Virus record (IMG/VR): IMGVR_UViG_3300037088_000888
Strand: one strand, 5' to 3'
Origin: an uncultured virus (IMG/VR IMGVR_UViG_3300037088_000888)
Taxonomy: Duplodnaviria; Heunggongvirae; Uroviricota; Caudoviricetes
Length of the DNA: 64,000 nt
Shown piece after piece: positions 19,001 to 27,021 of this stretch (its first letter is position 1; each line of letters starts with the position of its first letter). The notes under the pieces are model-generated. The model did no database searches. It was not told where the DNA came from and was given only the letters and a program-made list of their open reading frames with translations. The translations under genes and the position numbers were made by a program.

Positions 19001-19862
19001 GTTTTCTTTTTAATTGAATACCTTCTTTGAATCCTGTTGGAATTTTAGACATATCCATTTTTAGTATTTTAGCTCTACCTAAAATGAATTCAAAGTCAAA
19101 CATTTCAGAGTTAAATCCCGATACAATTGCAGGTTTTAATTGAATAATTAAATTAAAAAATTTCTGTATTAACTTTATTTCTGATTCATCATCATTCAAT
19201 TTTTCAACTTCAAGTATAGTTTCAAAACCTCTATTATCTCTAACACCAATAGCAAACATTCTTGCAATTTGATATCTTAAACCGAAAGTTTCAATATCAA
19301 ATGTAAGTCTATGAACATTTTTATATTCTTCAAATCCCTTATATAATCTTGCTTGTCTTGAAATAAAGAATTGTTCAGTTGTTTTTACAGAATAAAAAAG
19401 ACTACGTTGTGGATAAACTAAATCACCTTTTTTATTTCTAACAAAATTACCATTTTTATCTTTTTCTTTTTCGAAAGGATTAGTACCACCTTCTGTAAAA
19501 TAATTTAAAATATCATTATATGATCTGGAACTTGTCACCTTATAACAATACCCATCCACTAATCTCTTTTCATTACCAGTTTTTAATTTGGTAATTGTAA
19601 TTCCATGTTTTATTTTTTGACTATTAATATATTCTTTATCTTTACCTTTATATAATTCACGATCAAATTTTGATAAGTCTTTCATATACATGAAATTTTC
19701 ATATTTTATATGTTCAATTCTTGGCTCTTGATTTGGTTCATGTATAATACATTCAGCAAAATTATTATCAACATTTGTTTCAACATTTACAAGATACTTT
19801 AAATCACTATTATAACCTTCTAAAAAACTTTTAATTTCACCTAAAACTTTTACTTTATCCAT
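16095..19862 (-). CDS. polB: Family B DNA polymerase
   Basis: Exonuclease motifs FDIET, GFNSEMFD, YLLDD; polymerase motifs DYAGLYP, KILNNSQYG and variant VTDG. Confidence 0.9.
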   Translation of the reverse strand: MDKVKVLGEIKSFLEGYNSDLKYLVNVETNVDNNFAECIIHEPNQEPRIEHIKYENFMYMKDLSKFDRELYKGKDKEYINSQKIKHGITITKLKTGNEKRLVDGYCYKVTSSRSYNDILNYFTEGGTNPFEKEKDKNGNFVRNKKGDLVYPQRSLFYSVKTTEQFFISRQARLYKGFEEYKNVHRLTFDIETFGLRYQIARMFAIGVRDNRGFETILEVEKLNDDESEIKLIQKFFNLIIQLKPAIVSGFNSEMFDFEFILGRAKILKMDMSKIPTGFKEGIQLKRKPNTPVKYGNTPDKYTATEMWGISIIDIIHAVKRTAAVNSEIKANGLKYIAKFEKIAKPNRTYIKGEDNSIGKFYSDNKIFVIDENNNYLQIPEMYQEITKKLYNLQIEKVILSKEEHNIKKTNILKEAPDFVKWFRKEALPKKLTTFIEGKNLVKQYLLDDLWETEQVDELYNQSSFMLAKIVPTTYHRICTMGTAGIWNLLMTAWSYENNLAIPYPDKYERYSGGLARCYKSGFSKRIVKIDYAGLYPAIQLTEDVFPIFDITGAMKMMLLYLTTTRNIYKKLANSTELNSEEIELFKQIDPEMHHKFINKEFTPADIAMFKIKQLPIKILNNSQYGAFGSNVSFNWSDNICAARITCTARLHLRHAIYWFSKFNCIALLAVTDGINFQYPEKTNIRITDEGTIEGTIEGLIEEMWQYGGKTGINALIEKYNKEEMTDKNESVGKGNYMSVDNDGEALACFNLSRINYATLSLVKDKKTDEMKEKIKLTGNTIKSKIIPEYIEDFIDTGLNLILHGKGNEFLTYYNEYAKNLYHQRIPLKKIASKSKIKNSIDTYKKRGKDKNGREKGMQAHMELLIEKRNKIAEELFEKYKTTLGHGKSKENLSIDEKMKLVTNYMPSEPELDSVVYYVNTGTKKSEGNSRKIVVNKETGEERFCATLISTEDLQENPNMTGQYNVERYLDAFNKRVKVLLVGFEPETAKNFLSKIVTAKTKVNVDEPVVDELVKTKKVKTKTKTVKEIKFEQADSTLLNLELKNFDLNDFDESMYLEELEVNFWNKTGYDPRKIWNGFKMFDDNKIYYEIYDNALKYLNGLMTASNKSKIKSINDEHEKGDLILIKNGGEYNVGAFNGVFIEIIKENVVIPKGELELEFDKKEEEKAKKLKETELEQVEKNEEKKNLEILKNKRTKYFKRFKKRFKIAENITMEKFLKTDDVALDDLDLYIRQMEGIEEEEANEYLGFDIDSETF

Positions 19863-20224
19863 TAATTCTGAATTATTGTATACGTTAACTCTTTCGTTTT
19901 TTTGTTGTATTCATATTTTCTATTTCCAATAATAAACATACAACTTTTCATTATGTTTGTGGCATCAACTGGAAAATAACCGCATAACCATAAGGCACTT
20001 ATTGCATTTTTTCCAATGAGTTTATAATAACCTTCATTTTTTATTATTTCAAAATCCAAATATACCACTTCATTAGGATTATTCAAAATGTTTTGTAAAA
20101 AATATTTAAATGCACTATTAATATCTCTTTTTGTTTGTTTATTCGAAATATCAATGTCCAATAACATTGAATTAAGCAAATAGTCACGAAACGGATTACC
20201 ACCCCAACTATATAGGTTTGCCAT
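19862..20224 (-). CDS. Hypothetical protein
   Basis: 120-aa ORF whose stop overlaps the polB start. Confidence 0.55.
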   Translation of the reverse strand: MANLYSWGGNPFRDYLLNSMLLDIDISNKQTKRDINSAFKYFLQNILNNPNEVVYLDFEIIKNEGYYKLIGKNAISALWLCGYFPVDATNIMKSCMFIIGNRKYEYNKKTKELTYTIIQN

Positions 20225-21419
20225 TATAATTATTTTTTATAAAATTATTAATCTTATTACAAACCAGATTTATTTGATTATCAACATCTTTCAAAAATTC
20301 TTTTTGATTAATTCTTATAATCTGACAATTAAAATTTTCTTTGAGGAAAGATTCACGTTTTACATCACTTTCTTTTTGTTTATTATTTTCATGTTGTTTT
20401 TCGTCCCATTCGATACATATATTATATTCTGAAATATAACCATCTACATAATATCTAACAAATTTTTTTTCACCACCGTTTAGCGCATGCTGAATAGGGA
20501 GGTTGAGTTTTTCTGAAAGCATATCTAAATAAATAATTGAATTGATATTATATTTAGGTATTTGGTTAACCCACACTTCCCCATATTTTTCAATCATGCT
20601 TTCTTGAATTTTTTCTTTAATATTTTCATTTTGACTAATATATTCAACACCGTATCTTAACATTACAGTATTTTTTCTTTTATCTTTAAATTCTTTAAAT
20701 TGGGAGGGATTTTCACAACCGTATCTCAGCATAGTCGTTTCTTTTGTTTTTTTTCTAACTTTTTCATTTTGTTGCGGACTTTCAGTACCATATTTATTTA
20801 AATTAGTTTTAACTGTTTTCTTTTTAATTTCCGCATTTTGTGAAGCATACTCTGTACCAAATATTATTAAATTTTTTTGTCGAACCCTTTCTTTAATTTC
20901 TTTGCTTTGACTCGCATTTTCAACACCATATCTTTCAATATTGGTTTTTTTAATTTTTTCTTTAATTTTTTCATTTTGGATTACATTTTCAACGCCATAC
21001 CTCTCAATATTAATTTCTTTAACTCTTTTTTTAATAATTTCATTTTGTAATGGACAGTCAACACCATATTTTCTTATGTTGGTTTCCTTAGTTCTTTTTT
21101 TAATCTCATTATTTTGAGTGGGATGTTCAACACCATATTTTTTTAAATTATTTTCCTGATATTTATATATTGAACACTTGCGTGAACAACCATAAAAATT
21201 CCAACCACTAATATTTTTAACATAACTTTGATATTTAACATATCTTTCAGTACCACAAATATCACACTTCACATGGATTTTAATATTACTGCCCCTTTTT
21301 AAATCTGAAATTTTAACAAATATAAAATCATTATTTTTTGTAAATAAATATCCCTTTTCAGATAAATGCTTTATATTATTACCATTCCAACGTATTTTAA
21401 CAAATTCATCTAATATCAT
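20208..21419 (-). mobile_element. Homing endonuclease-like gene (zinc ribbon, YGVEN repeats, C-terminal PD-(D/E)xK-type nuclease)
   Basis: CDIC motif; many KYGV(E/D)xxxQ repeats; QHALNGGE...YVDGY...IEWDE. Confidence 0.7.
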
Positions 21420-23221
21420 TTATGTAATTTATTTTTATATTTTTCTTTTATTTTTTCAATTACTTCACCTAATACAGATTCTTCAACATTTGATTTATAG
21501 TCTTCATTATCAAGTACTTTAACTATTTCTTTTCGCTTTTTTTCAATGGCGGAAAATACATGACCATCTATTGTATTATCATCATATATTAAGGGATAAA
21601 TACTTACCGGATTTCGTTGCGAGATTCGATGTATACGACTCGCAAGTTGTTCATAGTCGCCAACAGAATAGGGTAATGTCATAATAAACATTTTTGACGC
21701 TGCTGTAAGGGTTAATCCGAAATTAGCAGTTTGTATGCTGCCAATAAAAACTTTCATTTCACTATTAGGGTCTTGAAATTGTTTTACGATTTCAGCACGT
21801 TCTTCAGGAGTTTGGTCGCCAGTGTGAAGACCACCAACATTACCAAGTTTTTCTTTTAATTTATATAAACTATCTTTAAAAAAATCTACTATCACAACTT
21901 TTTCTCCTGTTTCTAATATTGTATCAACCAATTCCAACACATGTTTAATTTTTAATGATGATAAAAACTGACGAAGACGAATCATAGTAGTAAGCGGATT
22001 ATGCGTGGGATGTTCTATAAATTCGTTAACTACACCCAATTCTATTTTTTCATATGTTTCATATTCTTTATCGTCCATATCCAATATTAGTCTTTGATAT
22101 GTTATTTCTGGAAGATTTAATACTTCAAATTTCCTTTTTCGATGCGCAAACGGTTCTATTTTATGATAAAGTTCTTCAAGTTTGGCTTCACCACTATCTT
22201 TTATATAACCCCAACCACTATTATAATCGTAGACTAATCCACAAAAATATTCCAGAAAATATTTCTTAGTTGCAAAATCTGTTGGAGATATCTGATTCAT
22301 AACACTATAAAGTTCCTGTGAAGAATTGGGACATGGAATTCCAGAAAGAAAAATTTTACTGATTTTTTCGTTTTTAAATATATTTTTTTTAAATACCGAT
22401 TTAAAATTTTTATAAGTGTTGCTTTTTGTATTTTTAATTTTTACGGATTCATCACAAATAACGCAGTCAATTTTATCAAATTTTAGTTTGTTCCATTTTG
22501 CTTGAAATTTTTCTTTACTGCCCGAATTAAAAAAATCATAATTAATGACAACATATTTTGCATTCTCAACAGAACAAGTATTTTTTTTCCAATTTATAAT
22601 ATGCGCATTACTTCTGGTGAATTTTTGAATCTCATAAAAGAAGTTGAACATTAATGATTTAGGAGTAACGACAATAACCTTTTCAAAATTATTCATTTCA
22701 ACATAAAGGATACTCGAAAGTGTTTTACCAAGTCCCATATCGTGAGAAATTAACGTATTACGAGTGGCATTCATAAATAATGCTGCAGTAATTTGATGTG
22801 GATAAAGTTTTATGTCTTTGTTTAATAAAGCATGGCATTGCTCGCTATATTTCTCATAAGTTTCCTCTAACTCCAGTTTATATTGTACCCACTGCTCTTT
22901 TTTAATATTAAGATCGGCAATGAACTTACGTTTTTCTTCTTCAGCAATTTCAATTTTTTTAATTTGTTGAATAAATACTTTTCTACTGTCTTCATTGCCA
23001 AAATCAAAATGAATTTTATTCGAACCTCTATATTTCTTAATAAGAGACAATAATGAAGGCGTTGTAACTTCCCATACCATCATAACTGAATTCCATTTAC
23101 GAGTCTCTTGAGGTAATTCTTTTATGCGCTGAATTAATTGGTCGTTTATTGAAAACCTTAAATAATATGCCAGTCTTCTGGGAATTCTTTCTACATATAC
23201 TATAAAAACAGGCAATTCCAT
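21416..23221 (-). CDS. SNF2-family helicase/ATPase
   Basis: LYPHQ, DMGLGKT, VICDES, GLTLTAA and RIHRISQ motifs. Confidence 0.85.
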   Translation of the reverse strand: MELPVFIVYVERIPRRLAYYLRFSINDQLIQRIKELPQETRKWNSVMMVWEVTTPSLLSLIKKYRGSNKIHFDFGNEDSRKVFIQQIKKIEIAEEEKRKFIADLNIKKEQWVQYKLELEETYEKYSEQCHALLNKDIKLYPHQITAALFMNATRNTLISHDMGLGKTLSSILYVEMNNFEKVIVVTPKSLMFNFFYEIQKFTRSNAHIINWKKNTCSVENAKYVVINYDFFNSGSKEKFQAKWNKLKFDKIDCVICDESVKIKNTKSNTYKNFKSVFKKNIFKNEKISKIFLSGIPCPNSSQELYSVMNQISPTDFATKKYFLEYFCGLVYDYNSGWGYIKDSGEAKLEELYHKIEPFAHRKRKFEVLNLPEITYQRLILDMDDKEYETYEKIELGVVNEFIEHPTHNPLTTMIRLRQFLSSLKIKHVLELVDTILETGEKVVIVDFFKDSLYKLKEKLGNVGGLHTGDQTPEERAEIVKQFQDPNSEMKVFIGSIQTANFGLTLTAASKMFIMTLPYSVGDYEQLASRIHRISQRNPVSIYPLIYDDNTIDGHVFSAIEKKRKEIVKVLDNEDYKSNVEESVLGEVIEKIKEKYKNKLHK

Positions 23222-23244
23222 TAAATATCTTAATTAAATTATTG

Positions 23245-23252
23245 CAAAGATA
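23245..23252 (-). promoter_or_regulatory. Representative Bacteroidota sigma-A -7 element TAnnTTTG
   Basis: Also at 15335, 32781, 39234, 44836, 49639, 54207 (minus) and 45076 (plus, before the only plus-strand gene). Confidence 0.65.
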
Positions 23253-23277
23253 GTTAAATTTTTTTGATTGTCAAGGT

Positions 23278-23697
23278 TTAAATTACATCTGTTTTAGTAA
23301 TTGAGTCTGATATAATAACATTAATCTGTCCTTCAACTGGTAATTTAATTTTACCACAACCGATTTGCTCACCTAAAAAGTCTATAACCAGCTCCATTTT
23401 ATATCTTCCTGCTTTTTTTGTATCTCTTAATTTGAACTTATAAACTAAAGTATATTTTTCGTCATATGGCTTGCCAAGTCTGTCATAATTAATAACAAGA
23501 CTGGCTGGCACATTTGCAATGCGATATAAACCTGTTTCTGCATCTATCATAGATGCTGTGATTGCACAATTTTCAAGCATATCATCTGTAATGTTATATT
23601 TTTCTCTCACCTGTTGAATTAAGGGATATTTTAATTCAGGTAACGTACTGTCTTTTTTTATAAAGAAATTGTTAATATCAAATGTTGAGTAATTCAT
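23278..23697 (-). CDS. Hypothetical protein, possibly structural (baseplate-upper-like beta fold)
   Basis: FFIKKDSTLP...DTKKAGRYKMEL...LP pattern; weak family resemblance only. Confidence 0.4.
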   Translation of the reverse strand: MNYSTFDINNFFIKKDSTLPELKYPLIQQVREKYNITDDMLENCAITASMIDAETGLYRIANVPASLVINYDRLGKPYDEKYTLVYKFKLRDTKKAGRYKMELVIDFLGEQIGCGKIKLPVEGQINVIISDSITKTDVI

Positions 23698-23721
23698 AAT
23701 TATATGGTTTATTTTTCTTTA

Positions 23722-23889
23722 CTATTTACTTTTTTTTAATGTTATTGATTTTTTTTCTTTTGCTTTTACTTCTTTAATTGCTTCACGAATATGTTTTTGA
23801 CTAAAATAAAGCATACAACCGATAAGAATTATCATACCAATATATAGTGGAAGATATTTAATCTCAAAATTATCAAATAAATTTTTCAT
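23722..23889 (-). CDS. 55-aa single-pass membrane protein
   Basis: Manual translation MKNLFDNFEIKYLPLYIGMIILIGCMLYFSQKH...; one hydrophobic stretch and a basic tail. Confidence 0.5.
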   Translation of the reverse strand: MKNLFDNFEIKYLPLYIGMIILIGCMLYFSQKHIREAIKEVKAKEKKSITLKKSK

Positions 23890-23965
23890 AATTATGTAGT
23901 TTGTTAATAAATACTAATAAAAATTCCTTTTCATCAATTCTTATAATATAATAGTCAAATTTTTC

Positions 23966-26128
23966 TTATTCAATTATTTTTGACCCAGTTAAAATACAAT
24001 TAATAACATCTGAGTTTGTGGCTCCGATAATATGTACAGCAACGGGAGACCCTGAATGAGAATTGGTAATATGTAAATCCGCTGCCCCTGCCTGATTAAC
24101 CCTTCCGTCTATATTAACATTATCAGTATGATCAAATCTTATTAAATCCCCTGCAATATTACCAGAAATTGTTAGTCCTGATATTGTAGGATAAATAATT
24201 ACTGATGCATAACTGCTTAGACCTTCATATCCTGATTCGTAAAGAATTACTGATTCTGTTTCAATAGTATTTTCGATGACCTTATATAGAATATTCCCAA
24301 TAGCATTTCCTTCATTTATGAAATCAATAGCGTCATATAATGTAGTGAAATCACCGGTGTCTGTACCAATTGTATTTATAGCATCATACTGTGATCCCTC
24401 AACAATATTTGAATACCCAGACTCAAGAGTTCCACTAAAAGCAGAAATTTTAACATATCTATATCCTAATGAAAAATCGGGAGGAAATAGATTTGTCAAA
24501 GAAAATCCCGTAGCATCTCCAGATAATGGAGAAATATCTATAAATTCAAACCATTCTTCACCATCAGGTGAAATATATACTCTTATTCCTTCACAATTAG
24601 GTGAATTATTAGTAAAAGTAAAATTATCTACCGTTGCTTCTGTAGTTGAAGGAATACCAGTCAACCCTGATGGAGCAATTGGTATTACATACGTTGTTCC
24701 AGACACACTATTAGTATAATTAGAATATGTACTACTGCCTTTATATGCCCTAACACGATAATAATAGAGAGTAGAAGGATTTAATGATGTACCCGTATAT
24801 GTATTAGAATTTGCTGGAATTGAATCTATAACTGAATAGTGAGAATCATCATTAACACTTCTTTCTATTTTATATCCTTGTTCATTAGTTACATTATCCG
24901 TCCATGAAAGATCTATTTCTGTTGGCGAAATTACAGATATAATTAATGATGCTGGATCACCACTCATTGCAGGAGGACCTCCCCAGTTTATAGGTATATC
25001 ATAATAATTAGATAAGCTAGTATCGTAAGAAAAACAAAAAGTTCCTGTTGCACCTGAGTGCGTATTCCATAAATCTGGAGCTAGACCAGTTAAAGCATAA
25101 CACTGTGAAAAACATTCATAAAATGTTGTTACGCTTTGGCAATGATCAAATAATCCTGCAGGGATTGAAGTTAAAGACCTGCAGGATAGAAAAGCATCGT
25201 AAAAATTATATACATTAAGATTATATTTAAATAAATCAACTGGAATAGTACTTATATTAATACAACCCTCAAATACGTAGGAAAAATCATCTACGAGAGG
25301 GCAATGATCAAATAATCCAGTCGGTATCGAGGTTAGGTTCATACATTCTCGAAAAACATATGACATATCTGTTACTATGGGGCAATGATCAAATAAACCC
25401 GCAGGTATTGATGATATTGCAGTTGCCTCAAACAGATGTCTGAATGTGAAAACATCGGGGCAATGATCAAATAATCCTGCAGGGATTGAAGTTAAAGAAT
25501 TGCATCCTTCAAAGGTATAGTGAAAGTTAGCAGCCATAACACAATGATCAAATAATCCTGCAGGAATTGATATTAAATTACCACACGAGTAAAACGTCCT
25601 TTCAAAATCCCACGCCCACACACAATGATCAAATAATCCCAACGGAAGTGACGTTAAAGAATTACATCCCTGAAATGAACCCCACGTATCGCCTCCGCCA
25701 AAAGTTTGTACTAAAGAAAAACTACCTAATATATCAGGGGGTATTGATGTCATAAATTGACATCCCCAAAAACTAACAACTTTAATTCCAATCATACCCC
25801 AAGATAATACCTTGGTAATAAGTAATCTGATAGAAGTATAATTAGTATAAAATGTTTCACACGTCCCAAATATTTTAACTAAATAGGTCCCTATTGTAGA
25901 ATAAATATGAGTACAGTTAGTGTCATTATATGAAACTACTTTTTTTAATCCTGAATTATCGCCATAATCAACAGTATAGTTATGAACATAATTATAACCA
26001 GCACCATCATCATGTAAATGTGGTAATGTTATAGATTGATTAGCAGTTGTTGTTGTCAATTGCAAAATAAATGATGGAGAATGACTCGAAATAAAAAGAC
26101 CTGATATTTTTATAGATTTTATTTTCAT
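23966..26128 (-). CDS. Leucine-rich-repeat (BspA-like) surface-type protein with PKD-like N-terminus and FN3 domain(s)
   Basis: ~25-aa repeats LTSIPAGLFDHC; VDYGD; LSWTDN...GYKIERS...LNPSTLYYYRVRAY FN3 signature. Confidence 0.75.
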   Translation of the reverse strand: MKIKSIKISGLFISSHSPSFILQLTTTTANQSITLPHLHDDGAGYNYVHNYTVDYGDNSGLKKVVSYNDTNCTHIYSTIGTYLVKIFGTCETFYTNYTSIRLLITKVLSWGMIGIKVVSFWGCQFMTSIPPDILGSFSLVQTFGGGDTWGSFQGCNSLTSLPLGLFDHCVWAWDFERTFYSCGNLISIPAGLFDHCVMAANFHYTFEGCNSLTSIPAGLFDHCPDVFTFRHLFEATAISSIPAGLFDHCPIVTDMSYVFRECMNLTSIPTGLFDHCPLVDDFSYVFEGCINISTIPVDLFKYNLNVYNFYDAFLSCRSLTSIPAGLFDHCQSVTTFYECFSQCYALTGLAPDLWNTHSGATGTFCFSYDTSLSNYYDIPINWGGPPAMSGDPASLIISVISPTEIDLSWTDNVTNEQGYKIERSVNDDSHYSVIDSIPANSNTYTGTSLNPSTLYYYRVRAYKGSSTYSNYTNSVSGTTYVIPIAPSGLTGIPSTTEATVDNFTFTNNSPNCEGIRVYISPDGEEWFEFIDISPLSGDATGFSLTNLFPPDFSLGYRYVKISAFSGTLESGYSNIVEGSQYDAINTIGTDTGDFTTLYDAIDFINEGNAIGNILYKVIENTIETESVILYESGYEGLSSYASVIIYPTISGLTISGNIAGDLIRFDHTDNVNIDGRVNQAGAADLHITNSHSGSPVAVHIIGATNSDVINCILTGSKIIE

Positions 26129-26219
26129 ATTAATTTTTAATATTTATTAAATGATGCTAACATAAATACTTACATGTTTATTAGAAACAAATATTAATAT
26201 TATTATCGATATGTTATAA

Positions 26220-26245
26220 AAAAGACGAAAATAAATTCGTCTTTT
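26220..26245 (-). terminator. Intrinsic terminator hairpin
   Basis: AAAAGACGAA-N6-TTCGTCTTTT inverted repeat downstream of 26366..26662. Confidence 0.55.
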
Positions 26246-26365
26246 AAATTATTACATATTTAAATTTAATTAATAGACATAATTATAAAATTTTCATCAT
26301 AATCATATATAATTGATTAATCAATTAAGAATATTAAATTTTTATATAATGTTTACCAAGAAAAA

Positions 26366-26662
26366 TTATTTTTCCTGTTTAGACTCTAACTTGTTTTCAT
26401 TATTATTTTCATCTGGTTTATTCTTTTCCTCTTGTACTTCTGTCTTTTTCTGAAAGAATAAAAATGTCATTGCTGTTCCTGCTACCGAACCATAAAGAAC
26501 ACCTATTGCAGTAGCTATCTTCATAAGATCAATCTCAGGTTTAAAAACTCCTATAACAATGAATATTAACGCCATCAGAAGCCCGCAAACTATCATTATA
26601 TCAGCGATCAATCTACTGTTAGATTGATTGCCTTGCCCGTCTTGTAAAAAACTATTATCCAT
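26366..26662 (-). CDS. Two-TM membrane protein, holin-like
   Basis: SNSRL followed by two hydrophobic helices and a charged C-terminal tail. Confidence 0.5.
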   Translation of the reverse strand: MDNSFLQDGQGNQSNSRLIADIMIVCGLLMALIFIVIGVFKPEIDLMKIATAIGVLYGSVAGTAMTFLFFQKKTEVQEEKNKPDENNNENKLESKQEK

Positions 26663-26716
26663 AATATTATATTTTATATAAATACTTATATTTTATGAAA
26701 ATTTTACTTTCAAAAA

Positions 26717-26986
26717 TTAATTATCATCAAAAGCAACGATATATGTACCCGGTTTTAAATTAAAAGAAATTTCTACAATTGAAAGATATTTTCCTATATT
26801 TTTCATTAAAACAATTTTGCCAGAGATATCATACATTCTTATTACTGGAGGTAATGCACCTTCTTCAACAGAAGCTGTAAAGTGATCATGCATGGGATTA
26901 GGATAAATTTTTATACCATTAGAAGTATTTCTTTGCATTGAAATACTAATAAAAACAAAAAATAATATTATTAATATTTTTTTCAC
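26717..26986 (-). CDS. Signal peptide + stand-alone T9SS type A C-terminal sorting domain
   Basis: GTG start, MKKILIILFFVFISIS; IKIYPNP...MYDISGKIV...LKPGTYIV matches the Por secretion CTD consensus. Confidence 0.75.
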   Translation of the reverse strand: MKKILIILFFVFISISMQRNTSNGIKIYPNPMHDHFTASVEEGALPPVIRMYDISGKIVLMKNIGKYLSIVEISFNLKPGTYIVAFDDN

Positions 26987-27021
26987 TGAATTATAATATT
27001 ATTAGTGAACTATAATTATTA

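Noticed and set aside
16095..23221. Inteins or group I introns in polB or the helicase
   Set aside because: No intein splice-junction or LAGLIDADG motifs recognised; ORFs are continuous and the HEG lies between genes
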